From a virus (lineage: Duplodnaviria > Heunggongvirae > Uroviricota > Caudoviricetes): a DNA stretch of 39,623 bases. The position numbers were made by a program, and so were the translations under genes. The DNA lies in IMG/VR virus record IMGVR_UViG_3300044970_001522, positions 150,278 to 189,900 of that record; one strand, 5' to 3'. A model generated the notes under the pieces. It was not told the DNA's origin, did not search any database, and was given only the letters and a program-made list of their open reading frames with translations. The stretch's first letter is position 1. The number at the start of each line of letters is the position of its first letter. Shown here in pieces: positions 28,624-36,914 of this stretch.

Positions 28624-28962
28624 TTGGAAAGTCTTGGAACTCATGCTCTAGTTCGCATTTTCGACGCTGACTTCGACAAGCTAAATTGCATCGATCGGCT
28701 TCGAGATGCGTTCAGACTCACAGTGCTCCAACACGAGTTGGTGGCCCTTAGCGAGCCGATCCTTCATCAGTTTGACCCGCAAGGTTTGACAGGCATTATC
28801 TTGCTTGCTGAGAGTCATATTTCGATTCACACGTGGCCTGAGAAAGGCCAGGCAGCTGTGGACGTGTTCACCTGCGGCGGGCGGTCCTCGTCGGAAATTG
28901 CACAAACCTTTTGCATGCACCTCGGGTGCACTTTCTTCACTGTTCAGGAGATTAAACGATGA
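28624..28962 (+). CDS. speD: S-adenosylmethionine decarboxylase proenzyme
   Basis: HQFDPQGLTGIILLAESHISIHTWPE..AAVDVFTCG. Confidence 0.95.
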   Translation: MESLGTHALVRIFDADFDKLNCIDRLRDAFRLTVLQHELVALSEPILHQFDPQGLTGIILLAESHISIHTWPEKGQAAVDVFTCGGRSSSEIAQTFCMHLGCTFFTVQEIKR

Positions 28963-29210
28963 CAAAAGCAAAAAAGCTTGTAAAAGAAGCACTGAAGCAC
29001 CCTGAGCTTCACACTCCCGGTGAACTTGCTTACATGCAACTGTGGTTGAATGAGCGTAAGCGCAGAAAAGCCGAGAGAAAAGGGCAGAGCGTGGGTGAAG
29101 ACTACGAAAATCTCACCACGGGCCTAGCTGCTTTGGGCCAGCACCAGCAGTCCGGCGAGGTGACCCTTCCTTTGGAGCAAGTTGTCTCGAATTCGGGGTC
29201 CACTCTGTGA
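28959..29210 (+). CDS. Hypothetical cyanophage protein
   Basis: 83 aa, with an ATGA overlap. Confidence 0.55.
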   Translation: MTKAKKLVKEALKHPELHTPGELAYMQLWLNERKRRKAERKGQSVGEDYENLTTGLAALGQHQQSGEVTLPLEQVVSNSGSTL

Positions 29211-29273
29211 CCGTACGACAAAGCTGTTTCACCTCTTCTAGCAACCACTAAACTTAAACACTGAACAAACAAA

Positions 29274-29477
29274 ATGACAGTCACTTCTGATGAAAAGGGT
29301 CGGCTCAACAACTTTGCAATTGAGCCCCCGATTACTCCCGTAGACTCAAACTACCGGCCTATGATAGACTGGGACTTTTTAGGAGAAAGGATGAATGGGA
29401 GAGCGGCGATGATTGGAATAGTCGCTGCACTTGGGTCTTACGCAGTCACTGGGCAAATTATACCAGGAATTTGGTGA
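29274..29477 (+). CDS. hli: High-light inducible protein
   Basis: ERMNGRAAMIG...YAVTGQIIPGIW chlorophyll-binding motif, with N-terminal GRLNNFAIEP. Confidence 0.95.
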   Translation: MTVTSDEKGRLNNFAIEPPITPVDSNYRPMIDWDFLGERMNGRAAMIGIVAALGSYAVTGQIIPGIW

Positions 29478-29499
29478 TTTTGCTACCAAAAGACTGAGT

Positions 29500-29534
29500 A
29501 ACCACCTTCGGAGTCGCCGGGGGTGGTTTTCTTT
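29500..29534 (+). terminator. Intrinsic terminator after hli
   Basis: AACCACCTTCGG-AGTCG-CCGGGGGTGGTT followed by TTCTTT. Confidence 0.8.
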
Positions 29535-29554
29535 GACTGAACTAACCTGAAAGA

Positions 29555-29582
29555 GTTTACTTTCTCCGCGATAAACTAAACT
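29555..29582 (+). promoter_or_regulatory. Sigma70-like early/middle promoter
   Basis: GTTTAC-N16-TAAACT. The GAGTTTACT core is identical to that at 22001. Confidence 0.55.
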
Positions 29583-29598
29583 ACTTCGTTCGAAACAA

Positions 29599-30237
29599 AT
29601 GAACATCTTTGCAGTGCATGAAGACCCGCAAATCGCGGGGGCATCCCTGCCTGACAAGCTCGTCGTAAAAATGACGACTGAGAGCTTGCAGTTACTGGCA
29701 CCTTGGGCGTTTAACACATTTGAGGTGAAAATCGAGAAGCCCGGACTCAATAGGCAACTGGCTCTCATGGAGTCTGAAAAGTTGTTCTACGGGACGAAAG
29801 GTTTCGCTCACCACCCTTGTTCAAAGTGGCTGTACGAAACGCCAGCCAACGTTCACTGGGTCGTGGAGCACGCTTTCGGTATGGCTCAGGAGTACTGGGA
29901 ACGATACAACAAATACCACGGTGCTTTGTTCGGCTTAGATGAAGTTCGGACCTTGCTCTACAAAAACTTCAACGCGGCGAGTTCGAGAGACCACTCACCG
30001 TTCGTTCAAGCTATGCCGGACCAGTACAAAGATCCAGCAAACCCGGTTCAAGCGTACCGAAATTACCTAATGGGCGAGAAAGGGTACGCTGTTTGGAAAC
30101 ACGGAAACCAACCCGAGTGGTGGAGCCATGAAAAACACAAACCTGCACGAGACAGATATCTCGCAGAAAAAGAACGCAAACGCTTAGAACGACTAAATGC
30201 CAAGCATAACTCAGTATCGAGAAGCCTACAAACTTAA
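29599..30237 (+). CDS. Pyrimidine dimer DNA glycosylase/endonuclease V-like protein
   Basis: MNIF...A....DK.VVKM..E..QLL, HHPC..W and QAMPDQYK...V.AYR.Y. Confidence 0.75.
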   Translation: MNIFAVHEDPQIAGASLPDKLVVKMTTESLQLLAPWAFNTFEVKIEKPGLNRQLALMESEKLFYGTKGFAHHPCSKWLYETPANVHWVVEHAFGMAQEYWERYNKYHGALFGLDEVRTLLYKNFNAASSRDHSPFVQAMPDQYKDPANPVQAYRNYLMGEKGYAVWKHGNQPEWWSHEKHKPARDRYLAEKERKRLERLNAKHNSVSRSLQT

Positions 30238-31177
30238 CGGGGAATTTGAATACCCTGATTTTTTCAAAACTTATCAGAAAGCTCGCCTTTCTCTTTGGGG
30301 TCCTGAAGAAGCACAATTTGAAAGTGATGTTCGAGACTGGCAAAGTGCAACTCAAAGCGAACGTGAGATTGTTGGGGGAATTTTGCGTGGTTTCACCATT
30401 CTTGAGACACACATTGGGGACTACTGGTCAAAGATTCCGGAGTGGTTTCCTAAACATGAGATTGCGGCAGTGGCTCGAACCTTTGCTTTCTCTGAAGTTG
30501 TTCACGCCGAAGCATATAATCTCTTATCGGACACCCTGGGTCTAGACGAATTTGAGGCTTTCCTTGGTGACCCCATAGCCCGTCAAAAGATTGGGTTCTT
30601 TCTAGGAAAGAAAAACATTAAAGAGTCCCTCGCGGTATTCAGTGGCGCTGCCGAGGGTGTCTCGCTGTTTTCTTCCTTCGCAGTCCTTCTTTCCTTGAAT
30701 CTCAACGGAAGGTACAGAGGGCTATCGCAAATTATATCATGGTCAATTCAAGACGAGCAACAGCACAGCGATACCGGAATACAACTCTTTCGTGAGCTAA
30801 TCAAGGAGGACCCGTTAACCCCTAGTGAGGCCGAGGCGATTTTCCAAGGGTTTGACGCGGTACTCCGAAATGAGGATGCGTTCCTTAACCAGATCTTTGA
30901 AGGACGTACTCTCGACACCATTACTCTGCAGGACACGAAGCATTATCTTCGCTGGCGAGCAAACGACAGGTTGACTAAGCTTGGAATATCCGTACCCTTG
31001 TTCCAAGTCGACATAGAGTCTGCGAACAGGATTAAACAGTGGTTCGACCCTATTGCTGCAGGCGCGACAAGTACAGACGTTTTCGCTCAAGCAAAGTCGG
31101 GGGACGCCTACGTTGCAAAACCGACTCAGGACTTTTTGAGAGTTAACTTAAAGGATCTGGTTCTAGACTTGGTGTAA
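30197..31177 (+). CDS. nrdB: Ribonucleotide reductase class I beta subunit
   Basis: W.PEE....D..DW, EVVHAEAY, EGVSLFSSF and DEQQH di-metal ligands. Confidence 0.95.
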   Translation: MPSITQYREAYKLNGEFEYPDFFKTYQKARLSLWGPEEAQFESDVRDWQSATQSEREIVGGILRGFTILETHIGDYWSKIPEWFPKHEIAAVARTFAFSEVVHAEAYNLLSDTLGLDEFEAFLGDPIARQKIGFFLGKKNIKESLAVFSGAAEGVSLFSSFAVLLSLNLNGRYRGLSQIISWSIQDEQQHSDTGIQLFRELIKEDPLTPSEAEAIFQGFDAVLRNEDAFLNQIFEGRTLDTITLQDTKHYLRWRANDRLTKLGISVPLFQVDIESANRIKQWFDPIAAGATSTDVFAQAKSGDAYVAKPTQDFLRVNLKDLVLDLV

Positions 31178-31213
31178 TACGCTACAACCACATTCTTAAC
31201 TCTTGAAATCACT

Positions 31214-33157
31214 ATGAATACAGAACTTACCCGCCCACATTGGATGAATGAAGAGGCCCTTCATACTCTCTCTAATGGCTACTTATTAGTAGGTGAGACT
31301 CCGAAGGATATGTTTAGCCGTCTCGCAAAAACGGCGTCAAAGATAAACGAAGATCCGACACTAGACGAAGACTTGTTCCACTGCCTATGGTCCGGATGGA
31401 TCGGCGCGGCGAGTCCGGTGGCTTCCAACTTCGGTACATACCGTGGTCAGCCTATATCGTGCTTCTCTGTTCACCCTTCAGATAGCATTTCCTCTATCTA
31501 CTCACACTTAAAAGAAGTAGCTCAACTAAGCAAGAGTGGGGGCGGAGTGGGCAACTACTTCGGGGAAATTCGTCCTGCAGGGTCGCCTATAACCGGGGGT
31601 GGAAAATCAATTGGTGCTGTGCCCTGGATGCAGCAATACGACATTTGTGCGAGAGTTGTGAGCCAAGGGGGAGTCAGGAGAGGATCATTCGCTTTTTACC
31701 TGCCTATTGATCACCCGGACGTTCCAGAACTGCTTCGTGCAAAGGATCACACAAAAGGGGATCCGAGGACATGGGTAGACTCAAACATAGCACTCACAAT
31801 AACCGACGAGTGGGTTGAGTCCATGATAAAGGGAGACAAACAAAAGCATGAGTTGTTCGCAGAGGTTTTGAGAACAAGAATGATCTCGGGGACCCCGTAC
31901 CTAATCTTTATTGACAATGCTAATAACCAGAACCCGGACTGCTACAAAGAAAGGGGACTGACTGTAAAGACCAGTAATTTGTGCTCGGAAATCTTCCTAC
32001 ACACTGACGAGAACCACTCATTCGTGTGCGTCCTCAGCAGCTTAAACCTGAGTCGCTACGACGAGTTTAAGGACTGGAAGTCCCCTGTCTCAGGCCGCAC
32101 TGTTCCTCAAATTGGGATCCACTTCCTTGAGGCGGTCGTTAGTGAGTTTATACGCAAAGCCAAAGACAAGGTTGGCATGGGTAGATCCGTTCGTTTCGCA
32201 GAGAAAAGCCGTGCTCTTGGCTTGGGAGTCATGGGACTTCACTCCCTCTATCAACTGCATGGACTACCCGTGAAGTCACAAGGGGCGCGAGCGTTGAATG
32301 TTGAAACAACTCGGTGGATGAAGGAAGAAGCAGTCAAAGCGTCGAAGGAGTTGGCCGAGCGGTTTGGGGAACCAGAATGGTGCAAGGGCACCGGAATGCG
32401 TCACACGCACTTAATCGCGATCGCACCGACCAAAACAAATAGTGTGATTTGCGGGGCAGGCACCGAAGGCATAGAGCCACGAGACCGAAACTACTACGTC
32501 GCCAAACAAGCCAAGGGCACTTATGTTCGAAAGAACCAGTACCTTGAAAAAATCTTCTGCGATCGAGGAGTAGGTCCGGAAGTTTGGGATCAAATTCTAG
32601 TGGCCAAGGGGAGTGTTCAGGGTGTTGAATGCTTAACTGAGCACGAGAAAGAGGTGTTCAAGACTGCACGAGAGGTAGACCAGTTTGAGCTTATTAAGCA
32701 GGCGGCAGATCGGCAACCCTACGTGTGTCAGGGTCAATCGCTAAATCTGTTTCCCGACCCGAAGTCGGATGCATCGTATATTACTCGTCTGCACCTAGCG
32801 GCATGGAAAATGAAGCTAAAGTCGCTTTATTACCTAAAGTCAAGCAGCCTTCTTACGAATAAAGAAGTTGTTCCTGCTTTGATTGTGACCCGCGAGGGTT
32901 GTCCGTGGTGTGTGAAACTTAAGAACGAGCTATCTATGGAGGGAGTTCGGTACGAAGAAATTACTAAAGTGGAAGCGGAGGAGAAAGGCTTCTGGAACCC
33001 TGAGTGGACAACTGTACCCCAACTGTGGCTTTTCAAGAAACACATTGGAGGTTATACCGACTACATAGCATACAAACAATCGAATAACACCGAGACGGTC
33101 AGCGCCCATGACGATTCAGACGGCGCTTACAACGAATGCAAAAGCTGCGAGGCTTAA
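31214..33157 (+). CDS. nrdA: Ribonucleotide reductase class I alpha subunit with a fused glutaredoxin domain
   Basis: ISCF, SQGGVRRGS, SNLCSEI, APT and KSLYY, then a Grx domain (CPWC, TVPQ, IGGY) and a terminal CKSCEA. No N-terminal ATP cone is evident. Confidence 0.95.
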   Translation: MNTELTRPHWMNEEALHTLSNGYLLVGETPKDMFSRLAKTASKINEDPTLDEDLFHCLWSGWIGAASPVASNFGTYRGQPISCFSVHPSDSISSIYSHLKEVAQLSKSGGGVGNYFGEIRPAGSPITGGGKSIGAVPWMQQYDICARVVSQGGVRRGSFAFYLPIDHPDVPELLRAKDHTKGDPRTWVDSNIALTITDEWVESMIKGDKQKHELFAEVLRTRMISGTPYLIFIDNANNQNPDCYKERGLTVKTSNLCSEIFLHTDENHSFVCVLSSLNLSRYDEFKDWKSPVSGRTVPQIGIHFLEAVVSEFIRKAKDKVGMGRSVRFAEKSRALGLGVMGLHSLYQLHGLPVKSQGARALNVETTRWMKEEAVKASKELAERFGEPEWCKGTGMRHTHLIAIAPTKTNSVICGAGTEGIEPRDRNYYVAKQAKGTYVRKNQYLEKIFCDRGVGPEVWDQILVAKGSVQGVECLTEHEKEVFKTAREVDQFELIKQAADRQPYVCQGQSLNLFPDPKSDASYITRLHLAAWKMKLKSLYYLKSSSLLTNKEVVPALIVTREGCPWCVKLKNELSMEGVRYEEITKVEAEEKGFWNPEWTTVPQLWLFKKHIGGYTDYIAYKQSNNTETVSAHDDSDGAYNECKSCEA

Positions 33158-33158
33158 T

Positions 33159-33836
33159 ATGGCAAAAAGACGCTACAGGCGCTACCCTGAGCTCACAAAA
33201 GAGCAACAGTGTTTGGTAAGAGACCACAAATGGATCGCTGGACGACTCGCCTACGGTGCCAAGTGCTCGACAGGCGGATACACCGGATCTCTCACAAGAG
33301 AGGACCTCGAGTCAATAGCGAATTTCGCACTCTGCGTTGCTGCTACACGATATGATCCCGACAAAAAAGTTCAGTTTAGCACCTTTGCTTGGAGAACCGC
33401 CAGAGGCTATATCCAGCACGCTTTGCGGGACTACTCCCGAATGGTGAAAACCCCGCGATGGGTTGCGACGTATAAGACCAAGGTAGACGAGCTACTGAAG
33501 CAAAAGAAGACTTACACCGAAATTGCGACAGAGTTGGGATTACCTGAATCGAAAGTAATTATGGTTGATATGACAACTCATAACTACCATGTTTCCTACG
33601 ACTCTAACCCTGAAGATTGGACCACACGAGAGTTTATTTTTAACGACGACGATGTTAAGCCTTACGTGGCTTCTCCCGAACTCGTAAGGTCCATGAAAGA
33701 ACTTTCAGAGTCCGAACTCAATACTGTGGTCAAATATGCTGAGGACAAAGACCTGTCGTCTGAAGAGAGAGAGTGGGCCGCAGACAAATTCTACAAATTG
33801 CAGGCAATTGCACATGGATTCACCGAGGACATTTAG
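33159..33836 (+). CDS. Second phage sigma factor (SigB/F-like)
   Basis: ATG at 33159. EDLESIA..ALC.AA.RYDP.K.V.FSTFA.....G.I.H.LRD....VK.PR, and EIATELG. Confidence 0.88.
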   Translation: MAKRRYRRYPELTKEQQCLVRDHKWIAGRLAYGAKCSTGGYTGSLTREDLESIANFALCVAATRYDPDKKVQFSTFAWRTARGYIQHALRDYSRMVKTPRWVATYKTKVDELLKQKKTYTEIATELGLPESKVIMVDMTTHNYHVSYDSNPEDWTTREFIFNDDDVKPYVASPELVRSMKELSESELNTVVKYAEDKDLSSEEREWAADKFYKLQAIAHGFTEDI

Positions 33837-34023
33837 CGTAACACCGCTTCCCCTGGAGATTGAGTTCCGCGCCCAATCTGTGCGAAAGAGACTCAAGGAG
33901 TTGTCTCGTGACGAACTCGAAGAGTTCCTGGCGGACTCCGTTTTGCTTCTTTCACGGTTGTCACACCAGACGCGGCAGCTTCGAGACTTTCTGGAAGAGC
34001 TAGAGGTTGATGTCGAAGGGTAA
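33814..34023 (+). CDS. Second NblA-like protein (classical type)
   Basis: ATG at 33814. LPLEIEF...V...LKELSRDELEEFL resembles NblA LSLEQxF...xxxMSxEQxxEFL. Confidence 0.5.
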   Translation: MDSPRTFSVTPLPLEIEFRAQSVRKRLKELSRDELEEFLADSVLLLSRLSHQTRQLRDFLEELEVDVEG

Positions 34024-34032
34024 AATTGTGTA
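34018..34032 (+). promoter_or_regulatory. GGGTAAAR-N5-TA putative late promoter
   Basis: GGGTAAAATTGTGTA, 24 nt before GTG 34050. Confidence 0.6.
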
Positions 34033-34049
34033 GGTATAGATTCTGCACA

Positions 34050-35615
34050 GTGCAAGGTTCCTTCTCGTCCGATGCTCTTCAGGCGTACAAAACACTGATC
34101 GCCGAACAGCACCCCTCGGACTTTTCTGAGGGGGAAACGTATGACTTCACTCGTTGTGTGAGGAAAGATGGCACTGTGTATGGGACGGCGGGACAGTGTA
34201 GGAAGGGTACAGAGCAAGTTAAGGAAGACGCTCCAGGGAAAAAAGTAAGAGGTGAAGGCAAAGGGGTGAAGAAGGGGGTGAAACCAACGCTACCGGGGAA
34301 ACCTCTCCCTCCTGAGCTCCACTCATCACTCTCAAAACTCTCAGAGAAGCTGTTGAGTAAGAAAGCGGTACCGGACCCGTCAAAGGGGGCCGTAACGCAG
34401 GGAAAAATGCGTTTGACAGCCAAAGTCAAGGCGCTACCCGTTGAAGAACTGAAGAAGGTTCTAAATGACCCGAGGCTGAACGACAAACAGAGAGCGCAAG
34501 TAAACAAGCTGCTGGCCGAACGGCAACTTTCACCGGCGATCGCTAAAAAAGTTTCGGCTGTGTCACAACGAAAAGCGTCAGGGTTAGGGTTAGGACCCGG
34601 TGGGGGTCAGAGCGGCGGAGCAAAAGTAACGAAGAAAGAAGTTCTGGACGACATCAAGAGCATTCTTGAGGAGAATCGGGGGCCAAGAGAGGCCTCCAAG
34701 AAAGTGAACTCAGATGGTTTATCCTACGAGGAAGAAATAGCCGCGATCATAGACTCTAAGATCGAAAAGAGCAACCATGTGAGACAGGGAGACCCGAAGT
34801 ACGATGGTTGGAGTCGAACCTTTGGCGAAAAGGCTAAGATGCTGGGGTCGGGTATGTTCGGCACTGCGATTCTAAGTCCGGACGGCGAAGTTGTTAAAAG
34901 AGGTATGGTTAGCCGTACAGAGGCGGCTATCGTCGATAAAGTTGGTAAAGCCGACCTGGGGCCGAAGCTGATTGCTGCGGATATTGGCGGACCCACTGGA
35001 CCTAAGGGAACGGGGGTAGACCTGAGGAACGGTCGTATCGCTATGTCGAAAGTTCAAGGGACCCCTCTAGGTATGAATCCGAGTAGAGATTCCAGTAAAG
35101 CGAATACCGACGCCTATTGGAAGGCTCGTGCAGATCTGCACAGGATGGGGGTCGCACACAATGATATGCATGGGGGCAATGTTTTGGTAGATGAGAAGGG
35201 TAAAGGGCGATTCGTTGATATGGGGCTGGCGCAAGACAATCCGAAAGCTGCTCTTGTGGAGGCACTAGGAGCCTTTCCGGGACCCAGAGGAAAAAGCGCA
35301 GACTCTACCTTTTCGAGTTGGGGTCCAGGTGGAAACATGATTTCAGATGTGGAAAGAAAGAATATCACACCGAAACAAAAAGCAAACTACTTGGCATTTC
35401 TCGAAGAAGACGCCCCGCTAGCCTACAAAGCATACATAAACAAAGAAAAGGCCATTGAGAAACTCCGAAGTTTTGGAATAGACGGTGAAGACATGACTAA
35501 AGTCCTTACCACTAAAACTAGCACTCGCGACGAGAAGTATAAGGTGGGACCTTGGGCTAAGCTAAGCGACAAGCAAGCGATGGAAGTGATCAACACACTC
35601 TACGAGGGGATCTAA
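34050..35615 (+). CDS. Leader-domain protein with a C-terminal Ser/Thr protein kinase-like domain
   Basis: GTG 34050 inferred by alignment to the paralogous leaders. Kinase motifs LGSGMFG, VVK, HNDMHGGN and DMG. Confidence 0.85.
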   Translation: MQGSFSSDALQAYKTLIAEQHPSDFSEGETYDFTRCVRKDGTVYGTAGQCRKGTEQVKEDAPGKKVRGEGKGVKKGVKPTLPGKPLPPELHSSLSKLSEKLLSKKAVPDPSKGAVTQGKMRLTAKVKALPVEELKKVLNDPRLNDKQRAQVNKLLAERQLSPAIAKKVSAVSQRKASGLGLGPGGGQSGGAKVTKKEVLDDIKSILEENRGPREASKKVNSDGLSYEEEIAAIIDSKIEKSNHVRQGDPKYDGWSRTFGEKAKMLGSGMFGTAILSPDGEVVKRGMVSRTEAAIVDKVGKADLGPKLIAADIGGPTGPKGTGVDLRNGRIAMSKVQGTPLGMNPSRDSSKANTDAYWKARADLHRMGVAHNDMHGGNVLVDEKGKGRFVDMGLAQDNPKAALVEALGAFPGPRGKSADSTFSSWGPGGNMISDVERKNITPKQKANYLAFLEEDAPLAYKAYINKEKAIEKLRSFGIDGEDMTKVLTTKTSTRDEKYKVGPWAKLSDKQAMEVINTLYEGI

Positions 35616-35788
35616 TGAAAAGGACCACAGGAAAAAACGACGCGCAGTATATCGCGCTCATGTCTCGTTACAAAGAACGGCGCGGCGAGCTTGGTGAAGG
35701 TGCAAATCCGTACCTTGAAGCTGCAATGAAGCTGCGAGAGAAGGGGGATGTGAGTGAAGATGCGCTCTTAGGCGGGGCTTACCTCTAG
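35615..35788 (+). CDS. Small (57 aa) protein coupled to the kinase gene; candidate inhibitor/immunity protein
   Basis: TAATG overlap. Translated by hand as MKRTTGKNDAQYIALMSRYKERRGELGEGANPYLEAAMKLREKGDVSEDALLGGAYL. Not in the ORF track. Confidence 0.65.
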   Translation: MKRTTGKNDAQYIALMSRYKERRGELGEGANPYLEAAMKLREKGDVSEDALLGGAYL

Positions 35789-35848
35789 CCCCAATGGCGG
35801 TACGGTTTTCCACACCTTTCCTGCGAAAGGGTTACCTTACCCTAAACA

Positions 35849-35863
35849 GGGTAGACTTATGTA
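35849..35863 (+). promoter_or_regulatory. Variant late-promoter motif
   Basis: GGGTAGACTTATGTA, 24 nt before ATG 35881. Confidence 0.45.
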
Positions 35864-35880
35864 AGTCCGGTTCACGTAAA

Positions 35881-36198
35881 ATGTCGAAGCTTCCTGACGA
35901 CCACTCGATGTCTTCTCACAAAGACAAAGTGGGGCAAGTGATGCACCGGTGGAAGCACGGCGACCCGAAGCCGTTGCACTCTGGGAGAGGAAAGAAAGGG
36001 AAAGAAGGTAAGGTTGTTAAGTCTCAAGACCAGGCTATTGCCATAGCACTTTCAATGGCAGGTAAGTCGAAGGATCATGCAGAGCGGCTAACTTCTATAG
36101 GTTATTCCGAAGAGGTTGCTCAAGAGGTTGCTTCGATGCTTGGCGGTGCCTTGGATTTCGCAACTTGTGGACGTCCCGACGGTTCTTGCCAGGGGTAA
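35881..36198 (+). CDS. Basic DUF6496-like protein ending in a truncated leader-domain remnant
   Basis: KVGQVMHRWK.G..LHSG....VKSQDQAIAIALS.A, with C-terminus LDFATCGRPDGSCQG. Confidence 0.6.
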   Translation: MSKLPDDHSMSSHKDKVGQVMHRWKHGDPKPLHSGRGKKGKEGKVVKSQDQAIAIALSMAGKSKDHAERLTSIGYSEEVAQEVASMLGGALDFATCGRPDGSCQG

Positions 36199-36233
36199 GG
36201 TTGGACGGCTATTGGCCTTGTTGAAAGGAAGTG

Positions 36234-36248
36234 GGGTAAAATAAGTTT
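36234..36248 (+). promoter_or_regulatory. GGGTAAAR putative late promoter
   Basis: GGGTAAAA, 21 nt before ATG 36263. Confidence 0.55.
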
Positions 36249-36262
36249 AAAGCAGACCCCCC

Positions 36263-36829
36263 ATGGCAAACGGTTCCTTTTCCTGTGAAGCCCTCTCAGC
36301 TTACGAAGCACTTGTTTCTCAAAGATACCCCCAGAACTTCTCTGAGGGAGAATCGTACGACTACACTCGATGTGTAAAACCTGATGGTAGCGCATATGGG
36401 ACGGCGGGACAATGCCGCAAGGGAATAGAGGTGGCCATAACAAAAAGCCATGGGTTCGGCCCAATGACGCCGGAACAACTGGAGCTAGCGAGAGAGGACG
36501 CTAAACGAAATATAAGCTGGAATAGTGACGCGGACGAGACCTTTAACAAGATTTACGCAAAGGCAGAGTCAGTGAAGCACTTGGGGGCAATTCATAAGGC
36601 GGTGATTAAAGCCATAGACAACGATGAAACCGATGTGAAAGAGGGCCACGCCTTAGCCATAAAGAAGGCTATGGCAGAAAGGCTTAAACTTGAGGGTAGA
36701 AGCGAGGCTGGGACCAAGGAAGCGAAAGAGCGTGAGGCTATGACCCCGGAAGAGAGAAAGAGAGACTCTTTCCGTAAAAGAGTAGAGTCGGGTATTAAGG
36801 GTGGAGTAGTTAGTGGAAGAATGCGATGA
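36263..36829 (+). CDS. Leader-domain protein with an unknown helical C-terminus
   Basis: MANGSFSCEALSAYEALV...NFSEGESYDYTRCVKPDGSAYGTAGQCRKG. Confidence 0.8.
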   Translation: MANGSFSCEALSAYEALVSQRYPQNFSEGESYDYTRCVKPDGSAYGTAGQCRKGIEVAITKSHGFGPMTPEQLELAREDAKRNISWNSDADETFNKIYAKAESVKHLGAIHKAVIKAIDNDETDVKEGHALAIKKAMAERLKLEGRSEAGTKEAKEREAMTPEERKRDSFRKRVESGIKGGVVSGRMR

Positions 36830-36914
36830 GTAGAACTCACCGCAAGAGCGGGAGTACCTTGGAGCACGGAACGCTAACCTCCACTCAGATCCAATCGAAA
36901 AAGAACTAGTAAGA

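Noticed and set aside
31214-33157. Intein or intron in nrdA
   Set aside because: The ORF is continuous and compact with no splice-junction or LAGLIDADG motifs seen, and the extra segment is a glutaredoxin.
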